Positions 60,111-64,000 of a stretch of DNA of 64,000 bases are shown piece after piece. The DNA lies in NCBI GenBank assembly GCA_963730185.1, contig CAVSQW010000015.1, positions 704,001 to 768,000 of the forward strand, given 5' to 3'. A model generated the notes under the pieces. The model was not told the origin of the DNA. It searched no databases and was given only the letters and a program-made list of their open reading frames with translations. This DNA is from an uncultured Gemmatimonadales bacterium. GTDB lineage: Bacteria; Gemmatimonadota; Gemmatimonadetes; Gemmatimonadales; GWC2-71-9. Position 1 is the stretch's first letter. Every line of letters starts with the position of its first letter. A program made the position numbers and the translations under genes.

Positions 60111-61480
60111 TCAGCGGGTCGGGCCTGGAGCGCCATCGACGCTCCACCCGACCCGTCCGCGGAGGACGACGTGCTCGATCCGGCGGGTGTTCCGAACGTC
60201 GGCGAGTGGGTCGGCGGTGAGAATCAACAGGTCCGCGGCCCGCCCCGGCTCGAGCGTGCCGATTTCCCGCTCGATCCTGAAGTACCGGGCCGGCTCCACC
60301 GTCGCCGCTTGAATCGCCTCCAGGGGGCTCATTCCGAGACTGTCGACCAGCAGTGCCAGCTCCTCGTGAACCGCCAGGCCCGGGTAAACGCCGATCGCCC
60401 CGAGATCCGTCCCTACCATGAGGCCGACGCCGGCCGCCCGGAGGCGTCGGATTCCCATCAGTCCGCTGTCCACCGCCTGGCGCATGAAGGCGAGCGGCGC
60501 GTCGAACGGCTTGAGGCCTCGCTGCAATTGCCAGAACGCCAGGAGGGTCGGCGTGACGAGGGCCTGCTCGGGTTCATCCGAGGTGCCCGCCACCCGGGCG
60601 TCGATGAGGCTGTCGGGGTCGAATCGCCGAAACGACGTCACCAACGTCGGGGTGAACCAGATGCTCTCGGCCGCGAAGGCGCGGGCCATGCTGTCCCGGG
60701 TGGCCGGCGCGAGGGCTTCGAGCTCCCCCAGCTGCTCGACGTGCTCGATGCTTCGCTGCCGCTCGGCCAGCGCCCCCGCGAGCCCGACTCCGGGATTGGG
60801 CTGATGGCCGGCGACGAGGAGTCCCTTCCGCTGGGCTTCCTCGAGCAGGGCGCGATAGGCGGGGAGGGGCGGAGAGTTCCGGACCTTGAGGACCTCGACG
60901 CCCAAGGTCGCGATCGAGTCCGCGGCGGCCACCGCTTCCGCCTCGGTCCCGACCGGGATCCGTCCTTGGATCAGCCCTTTGAGACCCGGGACGGGAAGGG
61001 ACGATACCTTCGCGAGCCAGGTCGCGTCCTCGACGATCGGCCCGGCGAGGTGGATTCGAGGTCCCTCGAGCTGGCCGGCGTCGATCTGGTCGCGCCAGGC
61101 GCGCACCGAGTCGAGATCGCCGCCAAGATCGCGAACCGAGGTGATCCCGAACCGGACCAGGGTCGCGAGCCCGTCCCGGCCGAGACTGGCGAGGTGGACG
61201 TGGGTGTCCCAGAGGCCGGCGATGACGAACCGGCCGCGGGCGTCGAGCCGGGTCGCGCCGCGGGGGACCGTCACCTCGTTGGCCGAGCCGACCGCCTCGA
61301 TCCGGCCGGCGCGAATGACGATGGTCGCGTCGGGGATCGGGCGCGGCCGGTACCGTCGATCACGGTGGCGCCTGTGATGGCGAGCGCGGGGCCCCGTGGG
61401 GCCGAGCAGCCGGTCGCTCCGCAGAGGCCCAGGCCGAGGAGCGCCACTCTCCAGCGCCGCAGGGTCGTTCGGGTCGTCAT
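60111..61480 (-). CDS. Amidohydrolase-family lipoprotein, apparent frameshift near 61340
   Basis: The signal peptide and GATVIDGTG are in one frame. PDATIVIR, GLWDTHVH, SIEH and GTD are in another. Confidence 0.8.
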
Positions 61481-61649
61481 GACTCTAGTATACGGTCCCG
61501 CCCGGCGCGCTGCCCCGGGGGGCTCCGCCTCCCCGACCGGACGAGGCCTTCCTCGACCGATCGCCTTCCCGTAGAATCGGGAGTCAGCGGGGCGGTTCGT
61601 CTCCCCGACGTCGTCGACGAGCCCCCCGCGCTCACTGGTCCGGTCAACC

Positions 61650-64000
61650 TTGCGCCTTCGAGCCTTCGGCGGGTTGTCGATCGAGTCGGATTCAGGTGCC
61701 ACCCCGGGGCCGGCCTTGAGCCCTCGCCGGGCGGCACTTCTCGCCGTGCTGGCCGCGGCCGAGGGCCAGGGAATCAGCCGGGACAAGATCCTCGGCATCC
61801 TCTGGGCCGAGACCGGAGAAGAGCAGGCCCGTCATACCCTGTCCCAACATCTGTATGCCCTGCGGCGGGAGTTCGGCCGCGACTGCATCGTCGGGACCGC
61901 TCAGTTGCGGCTTCACTCCTCCATTGGCAGCGACGTTGCCGAGTTCCGTGCGGCCCTCAGCGCTCGCGAGCTCGAGAAAGCGGCGGCGCTCTACGCCGGA
62001 CCATTCCTGGACGGCTTCTATCTCGCCGGGGCGCCGGAGTTCGAGCGCTGGGTCGAAGAGGAACGGGCCCGGCTTCACTCCGTCGCCGTCACCGCGGTCG
62101 AGTCGCTCGCCAGGCGGGCCGCCGAGGCCGGCTCGCATCCGGAGGAGATCGGCTGGTGGCGACGACTCCACCAGGTCGACCCGTACCACGCCGGCCACGC
62201 TGCGGGGTTGATGCGGGCGCTGATCGCCGCCGGCGATCGATTTGGCGCTCTTCGGTTCGCCCAGGACTACGAAGCACGGCTCCATCGGGACCTGGACTCA
62301 GAGCCCGATCCGGTCCTTCGAGACCTGGTCGCCTCGCTCCGTGCCAGTCGTGCCGCCGTCGAGCCGGACCGGGTTCACCCGTCACCGCCGGCTTCCCCTC
62401 GCCCGCTGGACCGGCCTGACGGCCTCCCCGTCGCGGCCGTTCCGGTCGTCCCGAGAGCTGCCGACCGACGGAAGGTCGGCAGGGTCCCGCTCGTCGTCGG
62501 ATTCGGGGTGGCGTTGGCGCTGTTGACGGCCGGCTGGCAGCTCAGCCGATCCCTGATGCGGAGCTCCGATCCATCGCTTTTCCTGGCGGTCGGGACGATC
62601 CGGACGACCGCCACCTCCGTTTCGGGTCCGGTGCTCCGGGACATGCTCGCCACCAATCTGGCGCGGGTCAGAGGGGTCCAGGTGCTGGCGAATTCACGCC
62701 TGCTCGAGCTGGTCCCGGCGGGCGCCGATTCGATTCCCAGGGCCATGACCGACGGTGCCCGTCGAGCCGGTGCCGGGGAGATCATCGAGGGCGAGTTGGT
62801 GGCCGGGGCGGGTGGCCTGGTGCTCTCGCTCCGGCGAATCGCGATTCGGTCCGGCGTGCTCCGTCGGGGTTATACCGTTCGAGCGGCCGATCGTTACGCG
62901 CTGGTCGACAGCGCCACGGCGGTCATCGCCCGGGATCTCCGACTCGAGCCTCCGGGCGGCTCGGTCGCGGCGGTGCGGACGGCCTCGCCGGCTGCCTATG
63001 CTCTCTATGAGGAAGGTCTCCGGGCCTACCATCAGCAAGATGGCCCCGGGGCGTACCGGCTGATGAACGCCGCCCTGGACCGGGACTCGACGTTTGCCAT
63101 GGCCGCCTACTATGTCTGGCGGGTAGGATGGGCGGTGGGCCGCTACCAGGAGGCGCTCCGGGCCCTGTCGCTGGCGAAGCGGCTGGCCGGGCGGACAACC
63201 GATCAGGAGCGGCTCGTCATCCAGGCCGCAGTCGCCGGGTCTGAAGCCCCGGTCTCCGAGTACCTCGATGTCGCGAAGGAGTTGACCGGTCGGTTTCCCG
63301 ACGATCCCGAGGGCCAGATCACCCTCGGTCTCGCGCGCTTCGCGAACGGGGAGTGGGCCGCTTCGGTCGCTGCGCTGGAGCGGGCCGTCGCGATCGACTC
63401 CGCCGCCGGGGCGACCGGGGCGCCCTATTGCCGGATCTGCGCCGCGATGATCGCGATGTCGGAGACCTTCATCTGGTGGGACTCGGCTGGAGCCGCCGAG
63501 CGGACCGGTAGACGGCTGATCGCGCTGCGCCCGACGGAGGGAGCCGGGTGGGGCAGCCTGGTGGAGTCGCTGCTCCGCCAGGATCGGTGGACCGAGGCGC
63601 AGGCGGCCATCGTCAAAGCCGACCAGTTGGGCCTGGTCAGAGGCAACTTCGGTCCCGCCCTGGATCGCGGTCTGATCCGTTCCGGACGGTTCACGGAGCT
63701 CGACGTCAAGCTCCAGTCCGACCTCCGGAATGCGGCGTCCGGCGGCCAGGGTGAACCGCTGTGGCTGCTGACGATCAGCCTGCGGAACCAGGGTCGGCTC
63801 CGAGAGGCCCGCGACCTGGCCCTCCGTCGCGGGGTGCCGGGAACGTCGATTCGGTTGGCGGGCCCGCCGGACCGGCTCTCGCTGGCGATCATCGCGCTGG
63901 AGCAGGACCAGCCTCTGGAATCGAGCCGGGGTTTTCTCGAGGTGGCCGCGGCCGATCGATCGGGCGCCGAGCCGATCGGCTACAAGTCGCGGGTCCTGGC
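61650..64000 (+). CDS. SARP/BTAD transcriptional regulator with TM helix and TPR-rich C-terminal region (runs off the window end)
   Basis: Absent from the ORF track because there is no stop in the window. Manual translation gives LRLRAFGGL..RRAALLAVLA..ISRDKILGILW..ARHTLSQHLYALRR (wHTH), LYAGPFLDGF..FERWVEEER (BTAD), then TM VPLVVGFGVALALLTAGW. An in-frame stop lies upstream at 61572. Confidence 0.85.
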   Translation, partial: MRLRAFGGLSIESDSGATPGPALSPRRAALLAVLAAAEGQGISRDKILGILWAETGEEQARHTLSQHLYALRREFGRDCIVGTAQLRLHSSIGSDVAEFRAALSARELEKAAALYAGPFLDGFYLAGAPEFERWVEEERARLHSVAVTAVESLARRAAEAGSHPEEIGWWRRLHQVDPYHAGHAAGLMRALIAAGDRFGALRFAQDYEARLHRDLDSEPDPVLRDLVASLRASRAAVEPDRVHPSPPASPRPLDRPDGLPVAAVPVVPRAADRRKVGRVPLVVGFGVALALLTAGWQLSRSLMRSSDPSLFLAVGTIRTTATSVSGPVLRDMLATNLARVRGVQVLANSRLLELVPAGADSIPRAMTDGARRAGAGEIIEGELVAGAGGLVLSLRRIAIRSGVLRRGYTVRAADRYALVDSATAVIARDLRLEPPGGSVAAVRTASPAAYALYEEGLRAYHQQDGPGAYRLMNAALDRDSTFAMAAYYVWRVGWAVGRYQEALRALSLAKRLAGRTTDQERLVIQAAVAGSEAPVSEYLDVAKELTGRFPDDPEGQITLGLARFANGEWAASVAALERAVAIDSAAGATGAPYCRICAAMIAMSETFIWWDSAGAAERTGRRLIALRPTEGAGWGSLVESLLRQDRWTEAQAAIVKADQLGLVRGNFGPALDRGLIRSGRFTELDVKLQSDLRNAASGGQGEPLWLLTISLRNQGRLREARDLALRRGVPGTSIRLAGPPDRLSLAIIALEQDQPLESSRGFLEVAAADRSGAEPIGYKSRVL

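Overview
This is a high-GC (roughly 70% by eye) bacterial chromosome segment. Gene order and content suggest Gemmatimonadota, which is my inference and not a database result. Positions 1-37 kb are mostly core genes: HEAT/HD-GYP/MCP signalling, yqeK, rlmN, aspS-phoH-ybeY-2xCNNM-mgtE, meaB with a split B12 acyl-CoA mutase, a carboxyltransferase, a large S8 protease, RecQ, an acyl-CoA dehydrogenase, RNase E/G and rplU-rpmA. Positions 37-64 kb are richer in accessory genes: secreted amidohydrolases and serine hydrolases, an ECF sigma/anti-sigma unit beside nfeD-floA, a PQQ dehydrogenase with a cytochrome c, small regulator cassettes, tRNA-Leu(CAA), and a membrane-spanning SARP/BTAD regulator that runs off the window end. 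I found no CRISPR array, integrase, transposase or prophage. The most notable signals are (1) a family of intergenic bipartite inverted arrays built from a 7-nt unit (TAGGGAG-like arm, then CTCCCTA-like arm) with G-quadruplex potential, plus a 10-nt-period analogue; (2) a divergent XoxF-like PQQ dehydrogenase with the lanthanide-type D-x-D motif; (3) a mutase with isobutyryl-CoA mutase specificity residues; (4) a lipoprotein resembling tripeptidyl-peptidase II; and (5) a structured leader of about 415 nt before RNase E/G. Six genes carry apparent frameshifts, most likely assembly indels.
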